Origin: Bugula neritina
Lineage: Eukaryota > Animalia > Bryozoa
Assembly (NCBI GenBank): GCA_964035545.1
Contig: OZ037768.1
Span: forward strand, 14,269,675-14,333,674
Direction: 5' to 3'
DNA: 64,000 bases
Shown here: positions 35,241-49,276 of the stretch, in pieces
Numbering within the stretch: position 1 is the first letter of the stretch
How the letters are laid out: the number at the start of each line of letters is the position of its first letter
Program-made: the position numbers and the translations under genes
Notes under the pieces: model-generated
The model's database searches: none
What the model saw: the letters and a program-made list of their open reading frames with translations, nothing else
Told to the model about the DNA's origin: nothing

Positions 35241-36399
35241 GTGGTACTGGTGGTGAACTACGAGGTTGAGCTACACTTTGACCTACAGTTATTTATAGTT
35301 ATACTGCGAGTGTTAGACTTAGAGTTAGTGTCAATGTTATTTTTGGTTCTACTTTCTAGTCTACTAAAACTACTAACTCTAAGTACTATAGGTATGCGTC
35401 TATAATAATCAGTATCAGATTAAGTATGACCGAGTATGACATTGACTGTAAAGTCTGTAAGTCTGTGAGACTGAGTAGTATTATTGTTGTTATTAGACTA
35501 TTATTATTACACTTAGTCTTATAGTTACAGCATCAGTATTAGTATTGCTGTTAGTATAATATTAGTCTTAGATTTAAATTCACTATTCAGTAAGTGCAAC
35601 AATAGCATTGACTATCGTCAAAAACATATCAACAATTCAGAGTCAAACTAGATCTTAGGCCCAAGGTGAAGGAATTCTGCATTCCCCGTACAAACCAAAA
35701 TAAATTTTACAATTTGAGACTTGAATATTGAAGTAAATGTAACAGCGTAGAGCACAGTACCATGCTGCATTCTTATCACAGACAGGCTATCCAGGCCTGT
35801 TTTGAATCTACTGTAAATTATTTTTGAATATATATTTATGCACTATAGATGCATACATATAACCCATGATTAAAAATGTGGTACACCCCTTCTACCCAAC
35901 ATGGCGGTTTAGTATGAAGAAAGATTCGACAGGTATCAGACTTTGACCTTAACTTGCAGTGCAACCTACAGTGTAAGACCAAATCATACTGATACTAAGT
36001 GTTTATCATTGTAATTCAGCGTTATTCACTAAGTCTAACTGTATCAGTATGTTGAATAAGTATGAAGCCCAATATGAAAATCTTAATCCATATCACATAT
36101 CACAAATGTCCATGGCTTATCAATCATACTCATTGGATAAAGATTTAGTATGAGTTTCAGTATTGTTATCAGTATGACTGTGATTTTTTTCATATTCTAT
36201 ACTGTTGCTCTATAATTATAATGCAGTATAGTAATAGTGAGTGTGATAGATATAGTGATGATGAATACTGAACAGCAATAAAACTACTATCAGATTCAGT
36301 AATGAGTATCAATAATTAATGTGACTTTCAGTATCTTTAATAATTGCACTTATAATAATGATGCTAATAGACATAATCCACAATCTAGTGCATTTTTCA

Positions 36400-39300
36400 A
36401 ATGGTCCCAAGCCCGGATAGAGACAAAAGGTTTGGTGTCAAGAAGAGCATTCGGCCTGTAAAACCTCATGCCTCATAGACAGCCAACAGAAAAGCAGTGA
36501 TAGATAGGGCGTTACCCCTTCAAAGTGATGTGCAACAGCAACCTAGCTTCAAATAAGTGAGCAAGGCGAACTACAAAATTGAGGGTAGTAACGCAGGAAA
36601 TTGGCGCTCTTACTGGCAAGAATCGTGAAATCACCAACATGATGGTGAGAAGGAGAATAGATATACTGTGTTGGCAGGAGACAAAATAGACAAGAGAAAA
36701 AATGGGGAAGAGCAAGGCACATGGAAGATAGTTGCAATTTATACCAAGCAGGAGGGAAAAACTATAGAACGGGGTTGGGATATGCCTAAGTAGTAAGTGA
36801 CAAAAAGAGTAGTTATAGTAAAGGGAGAATTGGACAGGATTATGGCACTTAAGCTATTTACACTAGACAAAACATATCAGTATAATATGTACCATGGCAA
36901 GCCTGTGACCCGAAAGAGAATGATTCTTGGAAACCAACCAGAAAGGAAATGAATAATATACATGAGACTAAAGCAGGTGGCAGGAGATTTAAGTAGACAT
37001 GTAGATAAAGAGCCAGCTGCGTTTGAAAAATGGCATGGTAGGAAGACAATTGGCCTGAGAAATGACTTGGGTGGCCCTATACTAAAGATGGTTCAAACAT
37101 ATGATATGGTGATTGTGAATACCTTCGTCACTCAAGACAAGGAGAAACTGGTTACATTCAAGGGTGGGGATAATGGGACAGCGAGTAATTAAATTTGATG
37201 AAACATATGCAATTAGGAAATGTGGAGAACTGTAAGATTATACCTAGGAAGGCAGTGGCAACTCAAATTCCTCACATTAAAAACAAGCCAAGAACAGGAA
37301 TTAAAATCAGGTGGGGGAAAAGTATTTAGTCATGGTTTTGGAACCCGGTGGTTGCAAAAAAGATGTGGAGCAAAAGCTGCATATAAGTAGTGGTAAGCAA
37401 CAAAATCAGAAAAAAATCGTGAGGTCTACAAAAAAGTGAACGAGGTTGCAAAACAAGCTGTGACATTAACAAAAGGAAAGGGTTAAAAGGAGTTATATCA
37501 GGACTTAGGAGTTGGAAAACAGCAAGCCAAAAGTAATCTACAGACTGGCTAGGACTAGGAAAGGGAGAGCTCAGGATATTGATCGTTTGGTATTTGGGAA
37601 AAACCAGCAGGCAAAGGTACTGACTGCAAATGAGGCACTCAAGATCAGGTGAGAGCAGTATTTTGACACATTGTTAAATACCAGAAACACCAGAGATAAG
37701 TTGATCGAATTTGAAAGAACAGAAAGACCAATACCAAAAATTAGTGTGGCTTCACGAGTGGTGGAAGTGGACTATGGACATGTTCTCTCGTTTGAGACAA
37801 AGACAGGAATAGTGTATGAAGCAGGACATGCCACTTTATGCTGTGTTCATTAACTTGACTAAAGTCTTTGACACGGTGTCAAGAGATAACCTTTGGCAAG
37901 TTTTCACCAAGTTTGAATCTTCTGCTAAATTTGTGAACATTGTGAAATTTCTATGTAATGGCGTTCAAGTTTCTGTAACTCATGAAACTGGTCAGAAAAT
38001 ATGGAGAAGGCATCTGGAGGGACGGGTCTCAAACTGATCAGAAGAAAAACTGGAACACCTTGCAAGGTTGGGGTAATTGTAATTTGTAATTATAATTGGT
38101 TGTAATTAATTTTATTTTTTTTTCAAGTAATTGAATGTAATTTGTAATTGATGTAGAAAAATGTAATTGTAATTTTAATTGACAAATTTTTAAGTAATTG
38201 TAATTGTAATTAATTACATTCATATGTAATTGACCCCAACCCTGACACCTGGTACCAGCTGGTAATAGCTTATTCAGACACGACGAATTTTCATTCGTTG
38301 GGTCCAACGAACAATCATCTTTGTCACGCCAACTGCAGTAGTAGTGTATAGTTGCTTAGCAATGGTGCTTTTACTAGTAAAGTTGTTACTAGTTAAATTT
38401 AATCATAGTTGTGCGATAACAACGTAAAAGTTTTGTGTTAATAAAATAATTACAATCAAATATAACAAATTTAAATTATGACAAATTTAAAATTCATTAG
38501 CTAAACAAAAGCTGAAATTTTAGTAAATCTATGGTTAACAACAGTTGGGACTGTGAAAAGTAAATGAAAATGACTCGTTAAACTGAATGTGTTTTTATAT
38601 CAAACTCAAACTGATTATTTATTCTTTTGTAGCATTTCACTACTTATTACTTATATTTTTATTGTTACTGAATAAAAAATTTAAATGCCCTGTTTTATAG
38701 TATTTTCTCTATAAAAGAACTATTGCTAAAACTTAGCTGGACTAATTATAAAATACAATATAATCTGGTAGTGTCTACTTTAGTTGAAATGATTCAGATG
38801 CATCAATTTCAATTTAACCACATTTTAACTTTTTTCAAATCACTGCCACTTATTGTGCACATCGACTCAGTTGCTTACGTGCATCTTTGTAGTCAGGATC
38901 AGAAAAATCCTACTGATACAGTGCAGCTTGTCAAGCTCTGACAATTGTTATAAAAAACCTGCTTCTGCCATAGAAACTGCTTGAAATAATTTTAAGATGC
39001 TGCTGACTAGCAAAATAATGCTTCCTACAAATTTATTTTAATTATTATTTATTATTATTATTAATATTACTAAAATAATGATTATTTAATTTAGTTACAA
39101 GCAACCCGCTTGAGCAACTTGTTTGCCATATGAACTATGCTTGTGCTTTTTGCTTTTTGAAATAAGCCAATGGAGTGCTATCAGATAAAATTCGTCAGCT
39201 GGAACCTAGCTGGGTCAGGTTCCAACGAATTTCTGAAAACGTGATTCAAACCGAGCAAAATCATTCGTTGACCATCTGAATAAGCTATAACACATTTAGG

Positions 39301-39530
39301 TTGATAATTGAAAAATATGATAGAGAGGAATATACTAAGCTCCCACAAGCAAAAAACATTTAAATATCTTGGCCCAACAATCCACCAAAATGGGGGCTGT
39401 AAAGCATAGGTAGAAAAAAGAATAGGAAAACATGGGACAAGTGGAGAGAAGTACCTGGCATGTTGTGTTTCAACTAGACTGAAGATGTTGATGTACAAAG
39501 TTCTACTGGCATTGTCGTATGGCAATGAAA
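36400..39530 (+). mobile_element. Degenerate RTE-clade LINE fragments
   Basis: AP-endonuclease remnants (RRRIDILCWQETK, AGDLSRHV, DMVIVNTF); RT remnants (LYAVFINLTKVFDTVSR at 37816+, FKYLG near 39360); many stops; may be more than one element. Confidence 0.8.
38063..38244. mobile_element. hAT MITE with GTAATT internal repeats
   Basis: CA(A/G)GGTTGGGG TIRs; 8-bp TSD ACACCTTG/ACACCTGG. Confidence 0.8.
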
Positions 39531-40052
39531 GATTACCACCGAATTCAAATTCAAATGATCAATCTAATAGCAATGTTTCTTATGCTATCGATTATTAAGT
39601 CAGCTATATTATTCTAGTACTGATAACATGGCTTAAGGGTTTTGATCTGGCATAAAAGAAGTTCGGTATTTATTAAAAATTAGCAGCTTTGTATGCGTTT
39701 TTACAAATAAAATGAACCTTCTAATATTCTTTCAACTGATTGCTATGGTCTATCATATTATTTAATTTATAATTTAGTTTGGCGTTGTCCTTCAGATATA
39801 AAAAGGAAATCTACAATTGGCTCTGCATGCAATGCTGAGAAAAGTTTTACCTTGTACTGTGTTAGTTGTAATGAATGTGTGGCAAAGGCTATATTCTTGT
39901 TACTGGTGAACTGTAAATTGAGTTCCATTGTTTACCCAATGAATCAGAAGCTTAGCATCAACATTTTTAATAGTTTTATTAGACATATTAATTTTACTGC
40001 TACTTTGGTTTGTTTTAGTTTTTTACTTGGGTATAGCTAAACTAGAATCAAT

Positions 40053-43000
40053 ATGCAAGCTCTAGTGGCACCTGTTCAAGATGTTAAATTTGATATTGAA
40101 ACTGCATTGGAGATGCAACTGGGCGCCAAACCTCTTCCTTTTCCTGGAATGGACAGTAGGTAGTTAGTATATAGCAAGAACATTTCATTTATAGGTTTTA
40201 TGCCCTTTTCTAAATTTGTAGAATTGACTTACTTATATCATACATTTGGTACTTTCCGTCACTCCGGTAGAGTTTATATGTGATTGAGCTTTTAATTCAT
40301 ATACGTTATATTTAGTATATCTTGTTACATAGTATTGATACTTTGAAAAGCTAAACTCAGTTTAACCAAAATCAGCTACTATGTGCCACCAACAATAGTT
40401 GTTTTTAGGAAGTCTCATTTAGTTGCGACATGAAAAAATAGATGTTTGCAGCCATTGTATAATATTTGCCCAATAGAAAGTTATAAATGTAGTAGATAGT
40501 TAGGCTAATATTTTGTAGAATGTAATAAAAATTATTATAGCTAGAAAATGGGATTTCTTCCACTAACGCATATAGACCCTTTTTCAACGTCTCCGATTTT
40601 TCATTAATAATTGTACTGTAATTTGTGCCTTCTTAGCAGGCACATACCGTAATTGAGCTTCCAGGGTGGTAGCAACCAGCACACAGCATGATTAAAATGA
40701 GATTTATATCCTAGCTGCCGCTACAGAACTTCTCAATAAACAGAATACCACAAACATGGTTTCAAGTTCTTTTTTCCAAAATTTACTGTGAAGAAACGCT
40801 ATTGAGTAATTTCTTGAAATACTTTAATATGTGTGCTACTACCAAATTTTTGTTTTCTAAAAGAACAAGTATATATCATAGTTTGGGTTTTATGTAGCAG
40901 TCAAACTGTACATTTTTAATGAGACTGCTTTATCTAATAAGATTAAAGTATGCACCAGCAGTTATAAATTGAGTAATAGGGAAATTGAAAAAGGGTCTAT
41001 TGGTTGTATTATTTGCATGGTACTATAGTTTTTGTACCAGCCTTAAGCTGTTCTAAAGTTTGCCTAGATACACACTTGCTCTGGGATAGCTCTGCATGCC
41101 ATACAAGTATGTGTTTAGCAGATTTCTAGATTTTATAAATAAATTTTATAAAAATGTATGCACACAGTGCTCTGTACAATGCTTGGAATAACTTTTAAAG
41201 GAAGTTAACATGACTCTTGTTGCCTTAGCTAGTTGTACACTGCTTGTACATTAATCTAAAATTATCATTACTATAATAGTGTAGGTGTCGTTTGCTATAA
41301 TCTGCTGTATGCACTTCAATTACAAATCTGTATTGTTTTAATAATAGCCTGTTACATATCTTGCTGCGGTTTTTATTATCTCATGAGAATATTGTTAGCC
41401 ACTCACTGTTGAAAAAATTTTCAACGAAATCCCCTATTTTATTCTCTAGAATCTGGATCAGGAATTTGCACATTTCACCTGCGGAGTATCTGTGATATTG
41501 GTAGAACATGTCCATTTCGTCATGTGAGAGCTGAGAAAGCTGTGGTATGCAAACACTGGCTCAGAGGTCTCTGTAAAAAAGGAGATGATTGTGAATTTCT
41601 TCATGAGTATGACATGGCCAAAATGCCAGAGTGCTACTTCTTCCAAAAGTTTGGTAAATGCTTCTCAAAGCCTGCTAAAACTTATTTTAATATTGACTCA
41701 CTGTTTATTCATTCTCTCATAGTTACTGCGTATGAATGAGGTGTGAGTCTTGCCTGCTTATTGTTCATTTATTAGCATCTCTTAAGTAACTGCTGTTTTT
41801 ACAATTAATAGGAGAATGTGGCAACAAAGAATGTCCATTTCTACACATAGATCCTGAAAGCAGAAGAAAGGATTGCGAGTGGTATGACAGAGGGTTTTGT
41901 AGACACGGTAATTTTATTACTGACAATTCCCCCTGTTTATGTTTATTAACTAGTGGCCTAGTTGCAATTGATTGGTGCCAATTCATGTACTTATCTACGT
42001 GAAATAAACTCATTACCATCTGTTACATCTACCAATACTATCTTAACTAGGAGCAAAAAATTTGCTGAATTAACAAGTAACATTGGAATGGAATTTTTAC
42101 AATTTATTGGGCTGTGTTTTCTACTTTTAGGCCCTGCTTGTAAAAACAGACATGTTAGGAAAGTAATATGTCAGAGTTATGTCACCGGTTTTTGTCTCCA
42201 TGGACTTAAATGCAAGTCGTCACAGTAAGATTGAAGTTATGCACTCCTATTTGCTATTTCTGCCTAAATCATTCTATGCTTTTGTTTAATGCAGCTTACT
42301 ATGTTCATTTTTTCATGAAGAACTCAACTTTAAGTTTTATCGGGCTCTGCTGTAAATATTTTTTTATGAAATTATGTAGCCCTAAATGGACTCTACCTGT
42401 TGTGAAAACTGATGGGCAGGTCAGACAGAAGCCTATCTGCCATCATTGTGGAGAAGTTGGCCATGTTGTTCACAAATGTTTTAAGGTAATCAACACAATA
42501 TTCTGGCTGCCTTATAAATAAAGCTTCAAGTCAGCATAATATGGTTTGCTAAGATTTTGTAGTGAAAAATTTAGATCTATGCAAAACTTTTATAGCTCAA
42601 AAATTTGTTTTGTGTTTTTGAATTACTGAAAATAAAATTTGCTAGAAATAAATATAAGATTCGGACTTCCCTGTGATTAAGAGTAGCTAACTAAATTACT
42701 ATGTAATGTGATTTATAATGCTCGATGACATCTTAAAGCACAGCTGCCTAGCCACATTTATATAGTATTGTAATCTATGATAACATCTCAGCTACAAAAT
42801 AAAATATACTGTTTTGAAGCTGCTGCTTGAATGAACTTAATTTCATATATATTTTGTGTACACATTTTTCAATTAAATTATTCTTTAAACCAACTGCTGA
42901 TAACTTGAGCTAGCTCAGCCACCATGGCGTTCTAGAAATAATACGATTTGATGTTCTTACAAATTTTTCTTAGGCAAATTACATTCTTATTCTCCTGGCA

Positions 43001-46000
43001 GATTCAACATGATTATATAATACCAAAGAATATTACTATCACTGACAACTCGTTTACAATTTTCTCAAAAATTATCTTTGAAATTTAATTTAATTTGTTC
43101 CACAGCCAATGTTTTTGCAAATTTTAATACTTCATAAATGTAATTAGACAGCTGTGCTTTAAATAATGAAACTCACTTTTTTATATTTATTCTGGCTCAT
43201 AAAAGAAAAACAATTTGCTTTTGTATTTAGAATAAAGCTGCAAGTATAAAATTCATAGCATATTAATACTTTAATGACGATTCATATTTATATTCTACTG
43301 AATGTAAAGATGCAGATATTAATTTTGTAGTTAACTGAAGAACAGAGAGCGAAATACCACGAAGAACAAAATCGTAGAGTTGAACAACAAGCTGTTTTAC
43401 GTCTACAGAAGCAGCAGTTTATACAGAATCTTACACATGTAATACACTTAGATTTTAATGTATAGCAGTATAATATACTCATATATAATATACTGTACTA
43501 TGATGCTCTACTGTATAGCAGTATAATATACTCATATAATGTACTATGTTATATGTTACCCACTAATTGGTTAAGTACATGTAGGGTAAGACAACTCTGA
43601 TGTTGATTACAAAACCTGTATCTAATAGTAATATTATTCCATTGATATGTAGTCTCACCAGTCAGCAACTAGCCAAATGCAAACTGTAACTCTGGAACAA
43701 GAGAGACAAAAGGAGCGACTTCCATTAGATGAAATCACATGTTACAAAGTATGTTTCACTTATTATACTATGTGCTTGAAGATTTGCACTTCCAAGATAT
43801 CAACTGCTGTTTAATGAATGTTTGTATTTGACTGATGTTTGTAGTAATAGTTATGGGGATAGCAGTGTTTATAGTCGCCAAAATTCATAAACACCATTAT
43901 AGCTTGTATCGAAATTTGAATCATCACGATGCAATCAGCAATAAAATATATACATGTTTCCAGTTACACCTAATCTGAGATATGGCTGCATTGGATGAAT
44001 TCACAATGCCATGTACTGTAACTAGCGTATAATATAACTTGTGAGTGGTCTAAACTCTTCAGCTATGCAATTGTTTTTTTTGTATTACTCAGTCAATGAT
44101 AGTTTGTTGTTGAGACATGTCGCAGCATGTAGCGCACAAGTTCTCGTGACATTGAATGTATTGTCACCAAAACAGAGCAATTACAAGACAAGAGAAGTAT
44201 AAATATGTAAGACTTTATTATTATAAGTTGTCATTATTAAAAATACAATACAAAAACAGTGCATCACCTTGACATTTATAAGCAAGCACTTCTGGTATCA
44301 CGTACCCTCAACACTTCTGGTATCACATACCCTCAACACATCTGGTATCACGTACCCTGAACACATCTGGTATCACAGACCCTCAACTAATGAGCTGATA
44401 TTTTGGATTTTGCAATTTATTCACTTTTAGTGAAAAGAAATGGAATATTTACTTGAAAAATTTGAGTAGTTGACTTTATTAAGCAACATAAATAGGCCAA
44501 TTCTTGGGTTTCAAACAAATGCTACACAATCATAATATTGTTTTGAAAAACCTAATTTGTATGAAGTACAATTAGAAAGGAGAGGACAACTCTTTTTTTT
44601 AAATTTCTGCCATTCTTTGACAGGTCATAAGTAGTACTTGAGTTTCAATAGACTCTTGTGCTGATATAAAATTTTAATGTATGTCAATAAAAGTGTGATA
44701 TTGCATATGACCAATAACCTTTTAATACAGCCAGCCTGGAAGTGTACAATATTGCTCGTTTTAGTGTGCCATTCCTACACACAAGCCAACACTCCAGCCA
44801 TAAATCAAGCATTCTCTAGTACTTACCACGTTACTGTTTAGAAACTCTTGGTTTTAAGTAATTTGCATCTTGATCTAGGTTAGTTTCAAGGCTTCTTGGA
44901 TAGAGTCATAGTAGCACCTCCAGAGCAACCAGGCTCACCAATTAAACTTTTTTACACACTGGTGTTTGACACCCTAAGAAAGCAGCCATGGTCTAGGCCC
45001 TAGGGGTTAAGGTACTGGCTTAGTAAGCGGGATTAGTGGTTCAAACCCCAGTAAAGGCCATTGGTGATGTTAGGAAGGGCATTAAGTCATAATTGCGCCA
45101 GTGCACCATATGAATAAGTCCTTAGCTTGCTTTAAAAATAATTTCCATCAGCGTTTCTCACAGAGATGGTGACTAAAAGCCCATGTTAGTTATTTGACTT
45201 CACCTTGAATCATTTACACGCTTGCTGATGGAAAACACTAGACAGGGCTTTCTGCATTTCAGCTCCTCTTTTGAATTGACTTAGTTGAGGGTCTTTTGTC
45301 AAAACTAACACATCTGTGATTCAAATCCACAACCTGATGTTTGTTCCTTATATATATTTTATTTGCTGTGCTGTCCTGCCCACTTTGCATAATATAAGAA
45401 GGCTGTAGATATAGTGGGCTTGGTTGTATAACATTTGCTTGATATTTATAATAGACCTTGCCAATAATAATTGCTATAACAAATTAGGCTCTATGAACCC
45501 TATCATAGTTATTACTACGGTAAGATAGTTTTACTGGTTTGTTATCTCATCCTGTCATACTGCAAATTCAATAAGGTGAAAAGTTTTTATTTAAGCAACT
45601 TTCTTAATAGTATTAATAGAAGCTGGAATCTCAATTAAGTTATGGAATGACAACTCTGAAAGCTTATGCAATTGACATTAATAATTAGCATCATTTCAAT
45701 GTAGCCATGGACAGCATATGTGCAGAGAAAAAGAGTATATTAACTACGAAAATTCAGTTATATAATGACGTCATGTCCATTTATACACTGAGATTTTGAA
45801 AATAAATTGACATAATATTACCCAATTGCTGTAGTTTAAGCTATCGCTCCCCCATTGATTGTTCCCAACAATAATTCTACTTGGGATAATTACTTATTTT
45901 ATTAAGTAGTAATAGTAATGACGTTTGGGCTACTTGCAGCTACTTTGCCGTAGTAATATTATAGCTAATCATTATTTTACCAGAGCTTTTTCATTGTAAA

Positions 46001-47605
46001 ACTAGAACTACATACCCTGTAAAAATTCCACAACAGGAGTAACTTGCCAGCACGGATAAAACCGGAGTGACCAATTGTATTTACCTTTACTGTTATTTTG
46101 TTTTAAAATCTGATTTTCTATTTTCCATAATCGGCAACTGATGAAATAAAAACATAAAACTTAAGAAAGTAGAATGGCTAAATACCTCGAAAACTTTTTT
46201 TAAGTATTCCATCAGCATTTAGACCATATAAGATCCCGCAAAACTGTTTCTGTTTCGCTGCCTGTTTTTGTTAGTTTCCATGCGAAAATCTACACTATGC
46301 GCCATCTAGCCTATCTTCATGAAATGCAGACTACATTGGTTAAGGTTTTATTAAATTGAAATTGACAAAAATATCAATTTTTACAGTTACTCTAAACATA
46401 TATGAGGTCAAAAATTTCTAATACATTCAAATAAAATATAATATTATAATATATAGCGATTATAAGACTTTTTTCAGCAGAGGTATAAACGAAACTTTAA
46501 TTCATGAATTAGTTTGATTATTTATATTTTTTGGTATTGCATTTAGCAATTTCTGACTTGACTTTAAGCATTGTTTGATTCACTCTGTTAACCGGTACCC
46601 CCAATCACTGTAGCTCTTCTCATTTGAGTTGCTTCAGCTTCTAGAAATGAACATTTCGATTTTAGAATGTAGTTTGCAGCTGAAAATGTGCTCAGTTAAT
46701 AGTTCGCTCAACTTATTATGCAGAAGTGGCATTGTTGAAGCATAAGATAGCTAAATTTTGATTTCACGATTTATTCATTTGTAACAGATTGCTGATAATT
46801 ATGTTTTCTAAATCAATATTGCATCTTAAGATATTACAATATAATATAATATAGTGACACTAATTGGTGTTGATATACGCGAGCAGTAACAGATACCGCA
46901 ACTTCTATCCACCCCAGTCCACATTTCAACAGTGTATTGGATGTTCGTTTATTTCTCTCATTTTTATGACAAATTAGCTGACTTCAACAGACAATTCCAC
47001 TTCATTAGTTTCACTGAGTCTTACTGTGAAACAACACTAATACTTTGTTTTAATGTGCAGGTGGAAACTTTTAATTTTCAATTTTTATTTCCTTATTCCA
47101 CAATTACTTTTCATTCCCCTCCTGTAGATATACATTGCATTCAACTTTCAATACTTACAGTTTTGCCATAACCTATTCTCAGCTATGCTAAAGCTGTTCT
47201 CTTGTTTCCTACAGTTTTAGTACCAGCAGTCCATGTTCTTTGAAAATTAAATACGTATAATAAGATAGCATAGAAACAGCATACATTGAGTGACATAATG
47301 CATCTTTGATATTTACAACATCCTCTATTGCAGATCACTTCTAGGATTATTGTATAATGCATAATCATTTTATAAATACTTTGAAAAAATATTTTACTAT
47401 AAAAAGTTTATCTGAGAAACCTGAAATGACTGCACTAAAAGGTTAATAATTGAGTTATTTAAAGTTATTACTATGATGTTTTTATAACGTATTATTTCTA
47501 TTTTAGTGTGGTGATGTTGGACATTTCGCCAACAAATGTCCAAAAGGTCATTTGGCATTTATTAGTTTGGCAAAGAACCAACCACATGCTGGTGCAGAGC
47601 AGTAA
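40053..47605 (+). CDS. CPSF4: Cleavage and polyadenylation specificity factor subunit 4 (CPSF30), 8 coding exons
   Basis: Exons 40053-40155, 41450-41653, 41812-41907, 42131-42224, 42380-42485, 43331-43438, 43653-43748, 47507-47605. PLPFPGMDKS; five CCCH fingers (VCKHWLRGLCKKGDDCEFLHEYD, DCEWYDRGFCRHG); knuckles CHHCGEVGHVVHKC and CYKCGDVGHFANKCPKGHLAF. AATAAA at ~47798. Confidence 0.96.
40574..40998. mobile_element. MITE in CPSF4 intron
   Basis: Inverted termini AGACCCTTTTTCAA...TTGAAAAAGGGTCT with AT on both sides; superfamily uncertain. Confidence 0.65.
44287..44386. repeat. 25-bp minisatellite x4
   Basis: CACTTCTGGTATCACGTACCCTCAA units without spacers. Confidence 0.9.
44982..45110 (+). 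mobile_element. Putative tRNA-derived SINE fragment
   Basis: A-box-like TGGTCTAG...GG and B-box GGTTCAAACC, followed by a segment resembling the RTE 5' region at ~36430. Confidence 0.5.
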
Positions 47606-48429
47606 TGGTAGAGCTTGAGAGCACTACATCTACGCTGAGGATATATTAGAGTTGATGTCATCATATAAAGAGTAGGCTACTAATTCATGGTGAATTAGTT
47701 TTAATGAAAATTTATCATCCTAAATTTCAGTTATTTCTGTCACTATTTTGTAAATACTGTTTTCCAAAGTTGTTACTGTATATTAATCATATATTATAAT
47801 AAACTGACTAATTGCATTTTAAATTTATTTGTTTTCTATAGTTTATCAAATACTATTTATAGTTGTCACTTCTTGATTAGAATTCTGTACTCAAATAGAT
47901 GCGTTGGTAGGGTTGCAACAGTTCCTTTTTCAGACATCTTCAAGTTAGTCCAAGCCATGAAATGTCTACGCTAGTTTGTATGTGGTTATTAAATTTCCGT
48001 TTGATTAATCATGTTGAAAAATCATATCCTGATATGCTTAGTTTCATATAATTGATCAAATATTTTTTGTTTGCTTCAATTCATTTTCATTTTATAATAT
48101 TTACATCCCATCAAGGTTGTGCCATTGAGGAAAGATTTTATTGTCGCCCACACCTAAATTTGTTAATTGGCTTTGTAATGTCTAGAGCTTTTATAGAATA
48201 ATATGAATCAATACACTGCTGTTGAACTGAAGTTCCGTTTGCAACTACTTTATTGCAAATAGAAAATATGAAAGCCTCAAGCTTCTCTCACGTGGCAGTC
48301 GATATCTGCTTAACCATTGGATAAACTGGCTTATTGCGATAAGGTACTCTATTTGTCAATTCATTAAGAAACTCATCAGGGGAGTTGAGATTTACATACA
48401 ATTACCAAGAAATAACACTGCAACGTAGG

Positions 48430-48436
48430 TATATAA
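48430..48436 (+). promoter_or_regulatory. TATA box of the neuropeptide gene
   Basis: TATATAA ~170 bp upstream of the ATG; CACGTG at ~48289. Confidence 0.45.
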
Positions 48437-48601
48437 GCATGGGCCAAATCTTCGTATATCATTGTGAATTGTTTTTGCTAGCAGCTAAGAATCTAACTAA
48501 TAATTTGAGGCAGTTTTATGCTTAATATAGTTGATCAGCTTATAAGTAATCTTGAACTATACTGATTTTTGTTTTGTTTCAAGTGTGTATTCTTGGAACA
48601 A

Positions 48602-49276
48602 ATGGAATTAAAACTACGTCAATTACTTGTAATTGTAACTTTAACCTCGGGTGAGTAATATTAAGTCAAATAATAGTTTATCAGAGTAATGATTGAATTA
48701 GTTAAACAGATGCCAAATGGTTGCTTAAGCCCAATCATTTATATTGTCTCAAAGTTAAAAAATAGTTTTAAACTCGTACTTTTTAAAATACCAATTGAAC
48801 CTCAAAGAACACAAAATTTGCAAGCTAGTTGCGCCAACTTTGTGCCATTTCTTTCATATGTACAAATAAGTGCTGTTTGTTTTGCAGCCATGTTCTGCAT
48901 TACCAGCAGCTCACCTGTGCGTCAAAAAAGAAGCATGGGAGGAATGAGGTATGGGAAACGACTGTCATATACAAGTCCAGAAAATTCATTGGACTCAAAT
49001 GTTGGAAGTAAACATAGATATGGCCAAGTTTCGAATTTTTACAAAGCAGCCCAAAGGTTGGTTGAGGAGTTGAAGGAAGAAGAGGCTAGACATGCAAGAA
49101 TAGCATATATTGCCAACATCCTTATCCAACTGTATGAAGATCTTCCAATATCTACCAGCTTATATCAGCAACCAACAGTTCCACCAGGTTCTGAAGTTGA
49201 GCGAGAGAAAAGCATAGAGCAAGTTGTTGCTCTTCTTAAAAACATTAGAAGTGGTGGTCTAGGAACAAATGAGTAG
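48602..49276 (+). CDS. Putative amidated neuropeptide precursor (145 aa; predicted SMGGMRY-NH2)
   Basis: Exons 48602-48650 and 48888-49276 (phase 1, GTGAGT...TTTGCAG) give signal peptide MELKLRQLLVIVTLTSAMFCITSS, then KR-SMGGMRY-GKR; AATAAA at 49585. Confidence 0.82.

Noticed and set aside
35175-35405. Highly hydrophobic 76-aa ORF
   Set aside because: Artefact of the GTA/CTA low-complexity tract.
44287-44386. CRISPR-like repeats
   Set aside because: Contiguous tandem units with no spacers, no cas genes, eukaryotic intron context.
44982-45055. tRNA gene
   Set aside because: No convincing cloverleaf; better explained as a SINE head.
48689-48887. N-terminal part of the 195-aa ORF
   Set aside because: Lies within the intron 48651-48887; the upstream exon supplies a proper signal peptide.
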